A DNA stretch of 64,000 bases from the human T2T-CHM13v2.0 reference genome, Homo sapiens. The position numbers and the translations under genes were made by a program. Location of the stretch: NCBI RefSeq assembly GCF_009914755.1, contig NC_060926.1; one strand, given 5' to 3'. Below, piece by piece: positions 14,011 through 27,662 of this stretch. Position 1 is the stretch's first letter; every line of letters starts with the position of its first letter. The notes beneath the pieces are model-generated. The model was not told the DNA's origin. It searched no databases and saw only the letters and a list, made by a program, of their open reading frames with translations.

Positions 14011-15062
14011 CAGCCCTAACACGCCTTGCGAGGTGGATATATGTATGCAGCATTTGAATTCTTTTTTAAAGTTATATTCCTATGTAGGACCTATCAATTT
14101 TCAGACCTATCAATTTTCTTCAAGTGTGAGTCTATTTTTTCTGCCTTGTATCGTTTTCCACTCCCTGCTTCTCTTTCCTAAGTGGGATGAGAATTCCAAG
14201 ATGCTTGTGAAGCAATCATAATGCCGGATGCTTTTGATTTTTGCCATTTCCCCTCCTGTACAGTTATCGTTCCCATATCAAATTCAACATTTATTTTAGC
14301 TACTTCCTTTTATTCAGTTCAAAGCATTCAAATTAGCTTTTATAAAAAGACCTCAGGACTTTGGGTTAAAGGGCAGATTGAACATCCTTACCCTCCTAAA
14401 ATCCCATTAAAATGACAACAAAGAGATAAAACTAAAAGGCATAAACTTTAAAGGACAAAGGGAACCGGAGAGAAGACAACATCAGAAAGAGAGAAAAGTT
14501 TAGAGGCTGAGAAACATCAACAAGCAGCACCTGACTCAGCAAAGCAGGAAACCTGAGACCCCAGCTCAGGAGCCAGCAGGCCCTCACTCACCCCCTGAGG
14601 AGGCTCGTGGACTTGAAGCCCCATTGGGCAGTTACAGCGAGAGGCAGTTGGGCTGGGAATTTATAGAAGCGGCAACGCGGCTCCCAGTGCCTTCCTCCAA
14701 CATCAGCTACAGGGGAGCTGCCCTGCCCCACCCTTGTGAAAACACGGGGGTCACTAGAGATGCTGAACCAAAGGATCCTGGAGCCAGGACAGCAGCCCCA
14801 CCGAGCAGAAGCCATCACACACAAAATGGGAGGAGCCCATGACAGTCTGCCCACAGAGCAAGGGGCCCCGCCTTCCGTGCCCTGACCAGAGATCAGGCAA
14901 CAGATGGAGGACGCGTCAGTGGACAAAACAGCTAGGTTCCTGCCCAGTCCCCAGCAGCAGCACAAAACAACCCCACTGCATCCACACAGGAGCACACACA
15001 GCCATCCTGAGAGCTGCTGTCTGCTTGCTTTACCCAACACTTACATGTGATTAGATGTGTAC

Positions 15063-15358
15063 GGGAGGCAGAAAGGGAGGGAGGGAGGAAGGAAGGAAGT
15101 GGAGGAGAGAAGGAGGGAGGAAAAGAGAGAAGGAGAAAGGGAGGGAGGGAGAGAAGAAGAGAGGGAGGGAGAGGGAGAGAAGGAGGGAGGGAGGAAGAGA
15201 GAAGGAAGGAAGGAAGGAGAGAGGGAGGGAAAGAGGGAGAGGAAAAAAGAGGGGGGAGCGGGGAGGAAGAAGGAAGAAAGGGAGGGAGAGAGGGAGGAAG
15301 AAAGGGAGGGAGGAAGGAAGGAAAGAAGGAAGGAAGGAAGGAAGGAAGGAAGGAAGGG
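15063..15358 (+). repeat. ~295-bp polypurine (GGAA/GGGA)n tract
   Basis: Nearly uninterrupted purines ending in (GGAA)n. Confidence 0.95.
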
Positions 15359-15384
15359 TTAGTATCCTATGCCTATCTTAACAA

Positions 15385-15785
15385 ATGACTACTAACTTGG
15401 TCACTTAAAGCAACAGAAATATATTCTCTTGCTGTTTTGTAGCCCAGAATCCTAAATCAGGGTGTCAGTCTGGAGGCCAGAATCCTACTCCCCCGTAAGG
15501 TTCTAAGGGAGAATCTGTTTCTTGATTCTTCCAGCTGTGGTGGTTCTGGATGTTCCATGGCTTCCAGTCCTTGCCTCTGTCTCCACGTGACCTCCTCCTT
15601 GCTCTCCATGCATCCTCTGAGGGCATTGCCATTGGATTTAGCACCCACCCTAATAATCCAGGATGATCTTCTGTTGAGATCCCTAGCTTAATGTCTGCAA
15701 ATTCCCCTTTTCCAAATACGGTGACAGGTTCTGGGGGTTAGGACTTGAATTTATCTTTATGAAAGCCACCATTCAACCCACACAG
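15385..15785 (-). mobile_element. MLT1 MaLR LTR
   Basis: CTTAAAGCAACAGAAAT...GGAGAATCTGTT...GGATTTAG...TTCCAAATACGGTGACA...ATTCAACCCA. Confidence 0.8.
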
Positions 15786-16064
15786 AAGAAACAAGGAAAG
15801 ATAAAAAGAAGAAAAAAAGTGAAAAAAAGGAACCTTAAAAAATGAGAGAATGAGGACAAGAAAAATATCTTCTTTGAAAGGACAGAAAGGTGGTCACGAA
15901 ATCCCCTGTTTGAGAAGAGATGGCAAGGCAGACGCTGCATCCACAGAGGAAGAGCAGGGTGGGGAGCAGAGCAGGTGCACACCACGTTCAAGCAGCACCC
16001 CCCACAGTGGCAGGAACCGGCCACAACCCAAGCTTTCGTCCTTGAACAAAACATGCAACATGCA

Positions 16065-16440
16065 TGCAATGGCATAGTATTCAGCCTCAAAAAGAGGAAA
16101 TTCTCACACGTGTTACAGTATGAATGAACCTGGACCATATTATGCTAAGTGAAGCAGGCCGCTCACAAAAAGACAAATGCTGTGTGATTCCACTGATACG
16201 ATGTAAATTCTCAGAGACAGAAAGTATAATGGCGGTCACCTCGGACTGGGGATAGAGAGAGGGTAGGGTGTTGGTGCTTAATGGGTACAGAGTTTCAGTT
16301 TTGCAAGATGAAAAGAGGTCCGGGGGTTGGTTGCACAGCACTGTGAAATGTACTTAACACGACTGAATTTAACAACTACGAAGTCTTAAGATGGTAATTT
16401 TTTCATGTGTGTTTTCCCACAATTAAAGTTCATTTAAAAA
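16065..16440 (+). mobile_element. Old L1M 3' end
   Basis: ATGAACCTGGACCATATTATGCTAAGTGAA...AATGGGTACAGAGTTTCAGTTTTGCAAGATGAAAA. Confidence 0.85.
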
Positions 16441-16730
16441 TGACAGGGGGCATTCTGAGAGCAACTTAATCTTTGGATACTAAGTGTATGATAGCTGAAA
16501 CTGAAAATTTCGCGGAAACATTTTCTCAGTCTTAAATGAGTTTGTTTTCATAGAAAATGGTGACATCTTGAACAGAGCCCCAGTACCTGTCTCCAGAGCC
16601 AGCCTGACAGCACCACGTGTCAGTACTACATGACACACACGTCACTGGGGCTGCGTCACACACTGCCCAAAGAAAGAGTATTTGGAAAATTAGAAGTATA
16701 GAATTTCCAACACAGAAAATACAAACTGGC

Positions 16731-17483
16731 TAGGGTGAGATAAATATCTCACTGTGGTTTTGATTTGCATTTCTCTGATGATCTGTGATTATTAAAAAGT
16801 CAAAAACTAACAGCCTGCTGGTGAGGTTGTAGGGAAAAAGGAACACTTATACACTGCTGGTGGGAGTGTAAATTAGTTCAACCATTGTGAGAGACAGTGT
16901 GGCGATTCCTCAAAGACCTAAAAACAGAAATACCATTAGGCCCAGCAATCCCATTACTGGATATATACCCAAAGGAATATAAATCATGTGTCATAAAGAC
17001 ACATGCACCTGTATGTTCACTGCAGCACTAGTCACACTAGCAAAGACATAGAATCAACCTAAATGCCCAGCAGTGGTAGACTGGATAAAGAAAATGTGGT
17101 ACATACACACAATGGAATACTACGCAGCCATAAAAAAAGAACAAGATCACGTCCTCTGCAGGAACATGGATGCAGCTGGAGACCATGATCGTTAGCAAAC
17201 TAACACAAGAACATAAGACCAAACACTGCATGTTTTCACTTGTAAGTGGGAGCTAAATGATGAGAACACATGGACACATAGAGGGGAACAACACATACTG
17301 GAACCTGTCAGAGGGTGGAGGGTGGATGGTGGGAGGAGGGAGAGGATCAGCAAAAATAACCAATGGGTATTGGGCTTAATTCCTGAGTGATGAAATAATC
17401 TATACAACAAACCCCCATTACACAAGTTTACCTGTATAACAAACCTGCACATGTACCCCTGAACTTAAAATAAAAGTTAAAAA
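16731..17483 (+). mobile_element. 5'-truncated, 5'-inverted L1PA insertion with 15-bp TSD
   Basis: L1 ORF2 end, 3'UTR and A-tail. TSD AAAATACAAACTGGC at 16716-16730 and 17484-17498. Confidence 0.93.
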
Positions 17484-20379
17484 AAAATACAAACTGGCAT
17501 GTAGGGAATTACAATAGGCTGAGCAATAAACTCAAGTCATCCGAAAGATCCTGAGAAAGGTCCCAACTGTAGACCACTTCAACTTCAAATATCTCTTCCC
17601 ATTTTCTCCATCATAAGCTTGGACTCGTCAAACCATGTCTCTTAATTTTCATGTAGAAACTATGGACTCAGGATGCAGATAGAAGAGAATCAAAGAACTT
17701 ACTTTGGAAACGAATGAACTTCAGAATCATTACATCGAAAAGGTGGACCTCTCAGGAGAGGAAATGACCCACAGGAAGTGACATTTCTAAAGAAATGAGT
17801 GGTAGAGCCCAAGCTCTCACTCTGGTGCCCACACATACTTCTGAATTCTGACGTGGAAAAGTTTCCTTTAAACGCTGGATAGTTCATGGAAAAGGCAGTG
17901 AGGAAAGATAAGACTTTGAAGGTAGACTTCAATTTCTGCCCTTTGGGCCTTAAATAGTTATTTTAACTTTTTCTCCAAAATTGTATTCTTTGACCTTTTC
18001 ATGAGTCTACGGAAATTACATGCTGACACACCCCGTGTGCGCATGGTGGGTTCTGTCTGCCGAGGGGAAGTAGAATACAATATTAAATAATAACAATGGC
18101 AACACACATGTATAAAGCCATTAGAGGGTATGTTAACCTGGGCAAAATAATTGCTTTCATCTAATGAACAAATATTTCAGATGTGTTAGCTAAGACAAGT
18201 AGTTTTCTAACAATTCTTAGAACAAATTTAGAAGGTAGACACTAGTATTAGCATTAGGGATCCAAAGCTAATCTACATCACCTTTGCACAAATATGGAAA
18301 ATGACAATTAGACAGGTGAAGTAATTTGCCTGTAAATTACTTCAGCTTGTAACTTCCCACCAGCTTGTAAAGGCAGAGATGAGGTTCCTTGCAGATCTTT
18401 CTGAATTCATTTTCTTCTCACTCTCTCACTTCCAAGTGTGCTTCTCCTCCAAAGTCTGGCTCTTTCAAGCTTGAGGGTTTCAGCCTGGCCCCAAGGCAGT
18501 GAGAATTAATCCCAACACAAATACTATGTGTGCCATTTTACCACATTGGTGTGCAAACCTTCAGACCCTTGGAGCACTTAAATCACAGCTCAGGAGAATA
18601 GAGATGAGACAGACAGAGACAGAGACAGAGAGAGAGAGAAAGATGATTTCATTGACATTCTGGTTTGTTTAACAAAAAGAAAGCAAAGATCCCCTCCATC
18701 TAAAAGTGTCATGTGTCATCTCAATTTCTCAGTATGTTTGCTCCCCTCACTCACCCTGCCTGGATATGTCCAACCCAGGACAGCAACCCATGGTCCACCA
18801 GCTGGGGCAGGCAGGTGCTGCATGTGTCCTCAGCCTCCGCCAGGCCTGGAAACTCTGCACAGGGACACAGGTGCCCCCATCACCCTCTGCTACATGAGTT
18901 CCTTTCACAGGGGATGGGCTGGCTGCCCCATTAGGGTGTGTTGACCTGCTCCTGAGGGTGCCAAGACTAACCAAGGCTGCTCCCACTGGCTTGTCTTGGC
19001 TTTGATACCTCTCCCGCACCTCTGTTTTATCTCCTGGCTGGCAGGGAGGGTCTGGAAACCAGGAGGCAGGGCACAAGCTGGGTCTGTCCTGCTCACTGTT
19101 CATCAGGGCAGGAGCACAGTGAGGCTTGGTGCTGTGGCTGGAGCACAAGCATTTGTTCAGGGAGATCTCAGATGTCAGAGCTGGAGGCACCAGGGAGAGC
19201 CCCAATTTTGGTGTTTAAGATATTGTTATCCATGCAGCCCTAAGATATAAAAGAAGTAAAGCAGAGAGCTGTGCAGGTGGGTCGGAGCAGAGGACTCGCT
19301 CTCTGCCAGCGTGGGGTCCTTCTTCTTTACAGTGACCCCAAGTGACCTCTGCAGAGCAGAGTTTGAAACCATAGATTTAATGGAGCCTCTTCATTTTTCT
19401 TATGAGGAAATAGACCCACGAAGAGGAAAGGCAAATGCAGGAGACCACACTGACTTTTAGCACTGGCTTGCCTCTCCAGCAGTCTCTGGATTCCCAACTC
19501 CAGGCTTTTTCTGCTGTCCTCTCTCACCCAGAAGAGATTTAGCAGGAAGCAGCCTGCTCACCAGGTCAACTACTGCCCACTCGGGCAGATCCTTCAGGTC
19601 CCCTTTTTCTTCTCAATCCCACTTGCCTCTTGCTGAGCTGTGTTTTAGTGTGTGTCAATTTATAATTAGATGGAGAACACGGTCCATTTGCTAAGGTACA
19701 TTTCGGTCAGTGACAAATTTCAGAATGGCAGTGCATTAGTTACAACCAATTAGGAGGAAATGATCACTGTGAAGTGTCCATATCTACTGCACCGGGACAG
19801 AAGCCAACATGTAACATTTATGAGTCTTACCTCATCAGGCTCAGTAGATGGTGAAGAGGTTTAAATCCAATTCAGAAAAATATTTAATGTAAAGACTGAA
19901 TCTTTAGGACTATAAATTCCAGTTAGTGGAACGAAAAGAGGTTACTCCATGTATCCATGCATCATCCAACCCCTGCTTCCACCCTTACTGGCAGGAACAG
20001 AGACTGGAAAACCTCAGCATTCCGAAGACACACAACTTATGTTCAGGTCTTGTTTCTGTGAGACCAGTTTTAACATGTGTGACCTCAGGATCTTCCTTTC
20101 TCTTATATATTAAATAGAGATAAAAATACACACCTTGCAGGGTTGTGGGATTTTAAATGGGTAAAATTTCCAGAGAGTTTGCTCAGCACATGGTAAGTTT
20201 TCAGTGAATAGCAACAGTTATCTCTATGCTAGCAGTGCCTACATGTAGGGGTACTGCTTAATACGAATTAAAGCGAACATGTGTCGTTGCAGCAAGTAAG
20301 CATGTAGTGCCATGTACTCGCCAAACACGTTGCTGCATCTTCAGTAGATTTCAAATGCAAAATGCAGCTCTTGCCATCA

Positions 20380-21560
20380 AAATAACTCATGAGAGATAGG
20401 TGAAGAGAAAAATTAGCATATATTTTAACACTAAAATAATTTTGGATGGATTACAAAATAGAAGTAAAAAGTGAAATCATGAACTGGAAGAAAATTAAGA
20501 CTAAAAAGTATCTTGGAATTGGGAAAACTTTCTAAACAAAGCATCAAAGTCAGATGCCATTAAGGAAAAGGTGAATACGTTTCAATTCTACATAAAAAAC
20601 GTTAACACTTCTTCAGGAAAAAAAATAACATAAAGCCACGCTTGGAAAATTTGTACAATGCAAAAGACACAGGACCTGTATGTAAATATATAAAGGTACG
20701 TAAATATATAAAGGAATCTCTACCAATCGATATTCTAGAAGGACAGTGACCCAGTAGGGTAATCAGCAGAGTATGTGAAGAGACAGAGGACATACAAAAG
20801 GCTTAGAAACAGAAGCTAATGTACAGACTCATTTATATTAAAAAATACAAATTAAAACAGTGCTATGGGATTGTTTGCTTATATAACTCACGAAAATTAA
20901 AACAGGAGGATATTTTCCACTGTTGGTGTGACTAAATTAATGTAACTTTTTTTGGATGCCAAGGTGATCAATTGTGAACAAATGAAAAATAAAATGAATG
21001 CATTCTTTGACTCAGTGGTTACTTTATAATGCATTTATCCTACAGATATTCTCATAGGGATACACAAATACATGTATGCACACATATAGGCACACATACA
21101 CACATGCTGGTGTTCATTGGAGGCACTGATGATTCTAGCTAATAACTGGAAACAACAGTCAATAATCCACTCAATAAATTCAGATTGATCTATACAATGA
21201 AATGCTGCACAGATGTGAAAACAGGTGAAGTAGCTATATGTTCATGTGAAAATAATTCCAAAGTATGTATATTTTCCAAGCAATATTTTAATATTCTAGA
21301 GAGAAAAACAAGGTATAGAAAAAAATTGCATTGTAAGCTGCTGTGTGCTTTAGTAACAAACTAAAAATAGAATATGCATAGTGACTTCACACATGGCCAT
21401 TTTCTGTAAGGGCACATAAGGAACAGTGCATGTCAGCCCCGGGAATGGGCACTGGATGTTCAGGCAGAGGGAGACTCACTTTTCACCGCATATTTTTTAC
21501 ACTGTCTTTTAATTTTTAGCCTGTAGATGCATTATTTCACACGACAACACAACATTTCTA
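20380..21560 (+). mobile_element. Ancient L1ME/MC 3' fragments
   Basis: A-rich degenerate ORF2-end motifs (AAAATACAAATTAAAACAGTG, CATTCTTTGACTCAG, AATAACTGGAAACAAC). Confidence 0.6.
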
Positions 21561-21943
21561 AAATAATGAATAGATGTGAAACAAAGGCCAACAAAAGGTT
21601 AAACTGTGGCTAATTCAGTCCCCTGAACACCGGGAGGAAGGAAGGCTGAGTGGGCCCAGGGGACTGAAGAAGGGTCCATTTCAGAAGCCAAACTTGATCA
21701 GGGATTTGAAAGAACACGAGGCAGGAGTGGGAGAAGCTGGGCAGCCCAGGTGGGGATGAGCAGGGACAATGAGAGGCACGGGCTTAAGGGGTGAGACCCT
21801 GAGTGTCCCTGGGGTAGCACAGGAGCCCCGGTAGTGGGAAGCCTGCTTGGCCCAGTGGGGAGAGTGCAAGTCAAAGAGGGAAGTAAAGAAAAGTCTCCCA
21901 GGGGGAGTGGTGAGGCAGTGAGGCTATTTCCAGGATTGCTCTG

Positions 21944-22333
21944 TGTACTAGTCAGGGTTCTCTAGAGGGACAGAACTAATAGGATAGATTTATGTATAAA
22001 GGGGAGTTTATTAAGGAGAATTGACTCACACGATCACAAGATGAGGTCCCACAGCAGGTCATCTGCAAGCTGAGGAGCACGGAAGCCACGGGAGAAAGAT
22101 GGAGGCCAAAAGACTAAGCCAGTCTAGTCTTTCCATGTTCTTCTGCCTGCTTTTATTCCAGCCATGCTGGCAGCTGATTAGATGGTGCCCACCCAGATTG
22201 AGGGTGGGTCTGCCTCTCCCAGCCCACTGACTCAAATGTGAATCTCCTTTGGCAACACCCTCACAGTCACACCAGGAACAATACTTTGCATCCTTCAATT
22301 TCATCAAGCTGACAGTCAATATTAACCATCACA
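21944..22333 (-). mobile_element. MLT2A (ERV-L) solo LTR
   Basis: TGTACTAGTCAGGGTTCTCTAGAGGGACAGAACTAATAGG...ATTAACCATCACA, with 5-bp TSD CTCTG/CTCCG. Confidence 0.9.
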
Positions 22334-24444
22334 CTCCGGGAGCTGAGAAGAGAATGGAGTGGCTTGGTGGGTCCTGGCTACAGCTACAAGACTGATGCCT
22401 GATTAAAGCACCGGGAAGGTGGCAGAACGGAGAGAGAGCGAAAGACAAACCCAAGGGTCATTCCAGAGGCAGATGATGGGAAGGCGAGGACTCGGATTCC
22501 CAATGGACTCCAGGGAGCCCAGGAACAGAGGGACCATGGACACAGGGACTGAGGCCTTGGGAGAACCAGGTCCAGAGACAAGACGAGGAAATGACGTCAG
22601 ATGCGTCGGAGCGGGGCTGGAAGCGGACAGCAGTACTGAGGAAACGCAGCTCTGCGGCAGGAGTTGGAGGAAGCGTGGGTGCTCTCATCTAGAGAGAAAA
22701 AAGAAAGTCTCAGCACCCCAGGAGTTGCCCCCAGAAGTCACCCAGGGGAGAGAAATCATAATTTTCCCCATGCCCCTCCAGAGAGGTGACTGGAACCAGG
22801 GGGTGGAGAGAGGCCGGAGCGCACGCTCACCCCAGCGTTGAGCTCCAGGCTCCTGGGTAAACTGGGACGGACTGCTGCAAAGGAAATGTCAGCTCCCAGG
22901 GGACGGAAGGGGCAGGGGAGGAAGTACGTCTGTGGTTCCTTCTTGACCTGGGCTCCTGTGAGCCTGAGGGAAGGCGGGGCTGACAGAACAGTTTGGAGTC
23001 ACTCAGCAGAGGTGACGAGAAGCACCTGGAGAGTAGCTGGGTCCCTCAGGTGTGGGGAGCCCAGAGCCAGCCTGTCACCCCCTCAGCTCCTGCAGGCCTC
23101 GAGGAGCTAAAATATATCTTTCATGAGCTCTGTGTATAGCTAGAACCCGACTTTTCCCTTCCGCGTGCAGACCCATATCCACCGTAACTAATACAATGGG
23201 ATTTCAGATGGGAAATCTGTCCTAAGAGAAGGAAGAACAAGAGACGAGTGAAATCAAAATGCAGTTTAAGGGATTGGAACAAGACTCTTATATACTGGCT
23301 GAAAACTCACCTCCTAAAATTATAGTCATTGGATATGAGAGCTGAGAGGGAACTTACAAATCTTTTATTGAGAGGCAGTGGAGTGTAGAGTTTAAAAGCG
23401 TGGCTTCGAACCCCATCAGCAAGCTACTTAACCTCCTTCCGTCTTTGTTTCCTGATCAGTTAGGTGGGGAGAAGAGCATTACCTACCTCGAAGGATTGTC
23501 CTGATGATTTAACAAGCTGCTATTTGTAATGTGCTTAGAACTATGACTAGCAGAAATTAGGAGCTGTAGAAATATTGCTTACATTAACACTCTTTTCCAT
23601 CAGTCCTTTCACAGATGAGAAAATGGCAGAGGTGTGCGGTAAACTAGTTTCTTCACATTTATTCAGCGAGCTAATGACCTGCCTGGTCCTGGAACCCTGG
23701 GCTCCAGATTCTTCCCTTGTAGGGAAAAACAAGCCTCCATGAAGCAGGACCCCCACCCCATCCCGCCTGGAGCCATCACTGCCTGGCCTCGTGCTAACAT
23801 CTCTTTCTTCAGAAATTCCACCAGACTAAACAGAGGAAGCTGCCCTGTCTCTAAGTCTAGCCTGCTGTGGCTGCTGAGAGTACTTGCAGCCTACATGCAT
23901 CTCCAAACTGGCCCCCACTGCTGGGATTTGGAGACTGTTTTGGCAAAAAGTAAGAGGCCAGAAAGTCAAGTTATCTCTAACCTCTCCTCCAGAGAGTAGA
24001 ATACCCCCAGTGTAGTCCCCAGTGACTGCATCCTATTCCATCAAAGCCGGGTATCACAGCTCACTTAACCTTTCCCTATTGTTAAGCAATTTGCTTTATT
24101 CCAAGTTTTGCTCTCATAAGTAATGCTGGGATAAATATTTTTGGTTTATTGACTTTTATTGCAGTTCTAATGATGTCTTTGGGGAGTACAATTTTGATGT
24201 CAAAAGGTAAACACATTTTTTAAATTCCTGGTGCATTTTCCCACGTGGCCTTCCATAAGATTTGTATCTTTTTACATTCCCATGGCAGGGGATGCTGTCT
24301 CACAGACTCTTCTCAGCAAGCAAACATTATATTTTCTACAAACGTTTGTTAATTTTGATGATTGGAAAGTATATCCTGTTATTTTTAAGTCAGTAGAATT
24401 CCAGCAGTTTTCTTCCCATCAAATACCATTTAACTTTCCATTTT

Positions 24445-24571
24445 GGAAGGAAGGAAGGGAGGGAGGGAGGGAGGAAGGGAAGGAAGGAAGGAAGGAAGGG
24501 AGGGAGGGAGGGAGGAGGGAGGGAGGGAGGGAGGGAAGGAAGGAAGGAAGAAAAGGAAAGGAAGGAGAGAG
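24445..24571 (+). repeat. (GGAA/GGGA)n tract
   Basis: Direct reading. Confidence 0.95.
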
Positions 24572-25441
24572 GTAGAAGAAACAGATAATATATCTCCTAT
24601 TCAACTCCTTCATGGGCTTGTTGCGACAATAAAATGAGATAATATATTTCAAATGTTAAAGAGTGCTACATAAATGTCAAGTAGGAAAAAAATGAATTCC
24701 ACAGTACTGACTTCCAGTGAGCACTTATGAATCCTATTAATTAAAAAGGCTTAGACAACTTCATGACATTTAACTGCACTATAGATAATTCACGTATATG
24801 GTCCTTGAGAATCTGAGCTGTTCTGGGAAATATGATAAAAATGCATGATATCTGCCAGGAAGATTGCAGTCTTTTGAGAGAAACTACTTTAAACCAAAAG
24901 CATGCTTTGTCCGGGTCTTAGAGAGCAGGCAGGGTGAGATTCGCTTTGCAGATCACACACCAGCTCGGCCATTTCCTGATGCTCAGACGAGGACTTTTCT
25001 TCAAGGAATGGGGCTGACTTTCATTACATTGCACTTCCCTGTTCTCAGGGAACACAACTGGATCTGCAGCAGATAGCTCCTCACATTTAGGAAACAGAAT
25101 CGGCTTTTTAAATGTTTTGTTGATGCTGTAAATAATCGTGCTGATGTTGCTGCTTTAACCCTGCCAATCCCCTGGCTGGCTTTGTCACTCCCATCAGGTG
25201 CCCAAACATCTCCAGCAAAGCAGCTTTCTCCCATCACCCAACTTAAAACCTCAACCTGTCCCTGTTGTACTCCTATCCCCTCACGAACTTGACTTGTCTG
25301 TGGTATTTACACCACCTGATATCTTATGCATTTTTTTTCAGCTAATTGCAACTTTACTGATTTTAAAAGCATGTAGATATCTTTGAATTAAAAGAAACAA
25401 AACAATTTTTACAATTTTGAAATTCTAAGCACATTATGTAC

Positions 25442-25742
25442 TTTTTTTTTTTTTTTTTTTTTTGAGACGGAGTCTCCATTGCCCAGGCTGGAGTGGTGTG
25501 ACCTCGGCTCACTGCAACCTCCACCTTCCAGGTTCAAGCAATTTTTCTGTCTCAGCCTTCTGAGTAGCTGGGATTACAAGCACCCACTATCACAACCGGC
25601 TAATTTTTGTATTTTTAGTAGAGATGGGGTTTCACCTTGTTGGCCAGTCTGGCCTCAAACTCCTGACCTCAAATTCAAATGATCCACCTGCCTTGGCCTC
25701 CCAAAGTGCTAGGATTACAGGCATAAGCCACCATGCCCAACC
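25442..25742 (-). mobile_element. AluS
   Basis: Poly-T followed by the reverse-complement Alu body. Confidence 0.95.
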
Positions 25743-25820
25743 TAAGATATGCTGTTATTATAGCATTGCAACTTCTTAGTGTTACAAAATCTGTACATTT
25801 AAACACATTAAATGAACCAT

Positions 25821-26141
25821 TTATGCAGCCAACAAACATATTTTAAAAAGCTCATCATCACTGGTCATTAGAGAAATGCAAATCAAAACCACAAAGAGAT
25901 ACCATCTCATACCAGTCAGAATGGCAATTATTAAAAAGTCAGGAAACAACAGATGCTGGTGAAGCTGTGGAGAAACAGGAACACTTTTACACTGTTGGGA
26001 GTGTATATTAGTTCAACCATTGTGGAAGACAGTGTGGCAATTCCTCAAGGATCTAGAACCAGAAATACCATTTGGCCCAGCAATGCCCTTACTGGGTATA
26101 TACCCAAAGGATTATAAATCATTCTACTATAAAGACACATT
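25821..26141 (+). mobile_element. L1PA ORF2 fragment lacking its 3' end
   Basis: ATGCAGCCAACAAACAT...GAAATGCAAATCAAAACCACA...TACTATAAAGACACAT. Confidence 0.9.
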
Positions 26142-27590
26142 TATTTGTTTATTGCCTGTCTCTGTCCTTCAGAACGAAAGCTGTGCGAGGACAGAGACTT
26201 TGTCCACATTAGTTTAGGTTCTGTGTGTTCCCAGCAGTTGCTAGACTGACTGTCTATTAGAAAATGCTCAGCAAAAGCATAAGTAAGACTGTAACTACGG
26301 GATGAAAGTTCTTCTAAAAGTCCACAGAGAATGGCGGAAAGAGTAAGGGTCTACCATCAGAAGGAGGAATTCCGGTCTCTGCTCCTTATTAACTGGGACC
26401 TTCAGTAGAGTCATACAACTTCTGCTTTCTCTGAAAAGTGATATAAAATCTTGTGACTTTATAGCTGGGAAAAACTGAAATGATTTATAAAGGAGCCATT
26501 AGTGAACAACAAAGAGCTCCACAAATGTAACACTATACACACTTGGGATTCTGTCTCTCAGTTTTTGGTTTTTTTTGTTTTTTGATAGAACCATCAGTAG
26601 AGACTGGCTCTGCATCACCTGAGGCATCACAGAGCACTGGTGGAGCCCTTTCCTGGCTCCAGAGTCAGACAGACATGAGATGGATTCCAGGACCCACGGG
26701 TAATTAGCCACATGACCTGGGGCTGGTTACGCAACATCAGTGTAGCAGCTGATGCTTGGTTTGATGTGAACAATATGCACAATGAGGTGTATGAAACTCG
26801 TAGCAGATGCTTAGTGGTCATCTTTTCCTTGACTAGAACGTTTACTATTTCCAAGGGAGATGCATTCTCCATTGGAAAAGTATTTGGTTTTTAACCACAA
26901 AAAGAAAGAGGCCTCTTTCAAAGTTTTAATTCATAAGACAGTGTCACTTATGTCAGGTGATGGGGAAAATGCTTAAGGTGATGCTCTCTAGTGGCAAAAA
27001 TACAGTCCTTAACTGCCCATTTTTGTCTACTAATAAAATTAAATAATAAACCACCATTGCTCTTGACCTTGGGGGAGAACATTTACCATCAGCATGCTTA
27101 AAGTCGAGTAAATCTGCTCTGCATTGGGACAGTCCCTCCTGTGGAAAGTCATGTTTATGTTTATCTAATGTCGTCTCCTGCAGCTGGGAAGTCTTGGTTT
27201 TCCAACTTTCAAGATAACCAGCAGTGAATATTAATAGGTGTGCTTCTCTTTGAAGCCAGAAAATGCATAAAATTCTGGATGTTCTCAACAAGACAGCAGA
27301 AAGGAGAAGGAGATTGACCTCAACTTGGAGCTTTTCCTGGCCAGGGCTGAGATGGCTCTTTTTCATTATAATATCTAATTTTATCCTCACAAAAGACCTT
27401 TGAGAAAAATGATGACATTTCTGATTTATAAATGAGAAAATGAAGTCTCATGGAAATTAAATAACTTGTCCACAATCACACAGCTAAAAGGGCCCCAATC
27501 CGAATCTCAGTCAAGTCTGATTGACACTTCAAGTCAATGTTCCACATTTGTACCTCAATAAATATTTGAGAAATATTTATTGAGCTCCTT

Positions 27591-27662
27591 TGCAAAAGTC
27601 ATTGTGGTGTTTAGCCATTACTTTTAATAGCAAAACCACCACAATGACTTTTGCACCAACCT
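27591..27662. mobile_element. MADE1 (mariner MITE), left end clipped, inside an L2
   Basis: TGCAAAAGTCATTGTGG...CCACAATGACTTTTGCACCAACCT palindrome. Confidence 0.88.

Noticed and set aside
15047-15388. Three overlapping R/E/G/K-rich ORFs
   Set aside because: Artefact of a polypurine tract that has no stop codons. The same applies at 10290-10859, 24231-24652 and 34572-34859.
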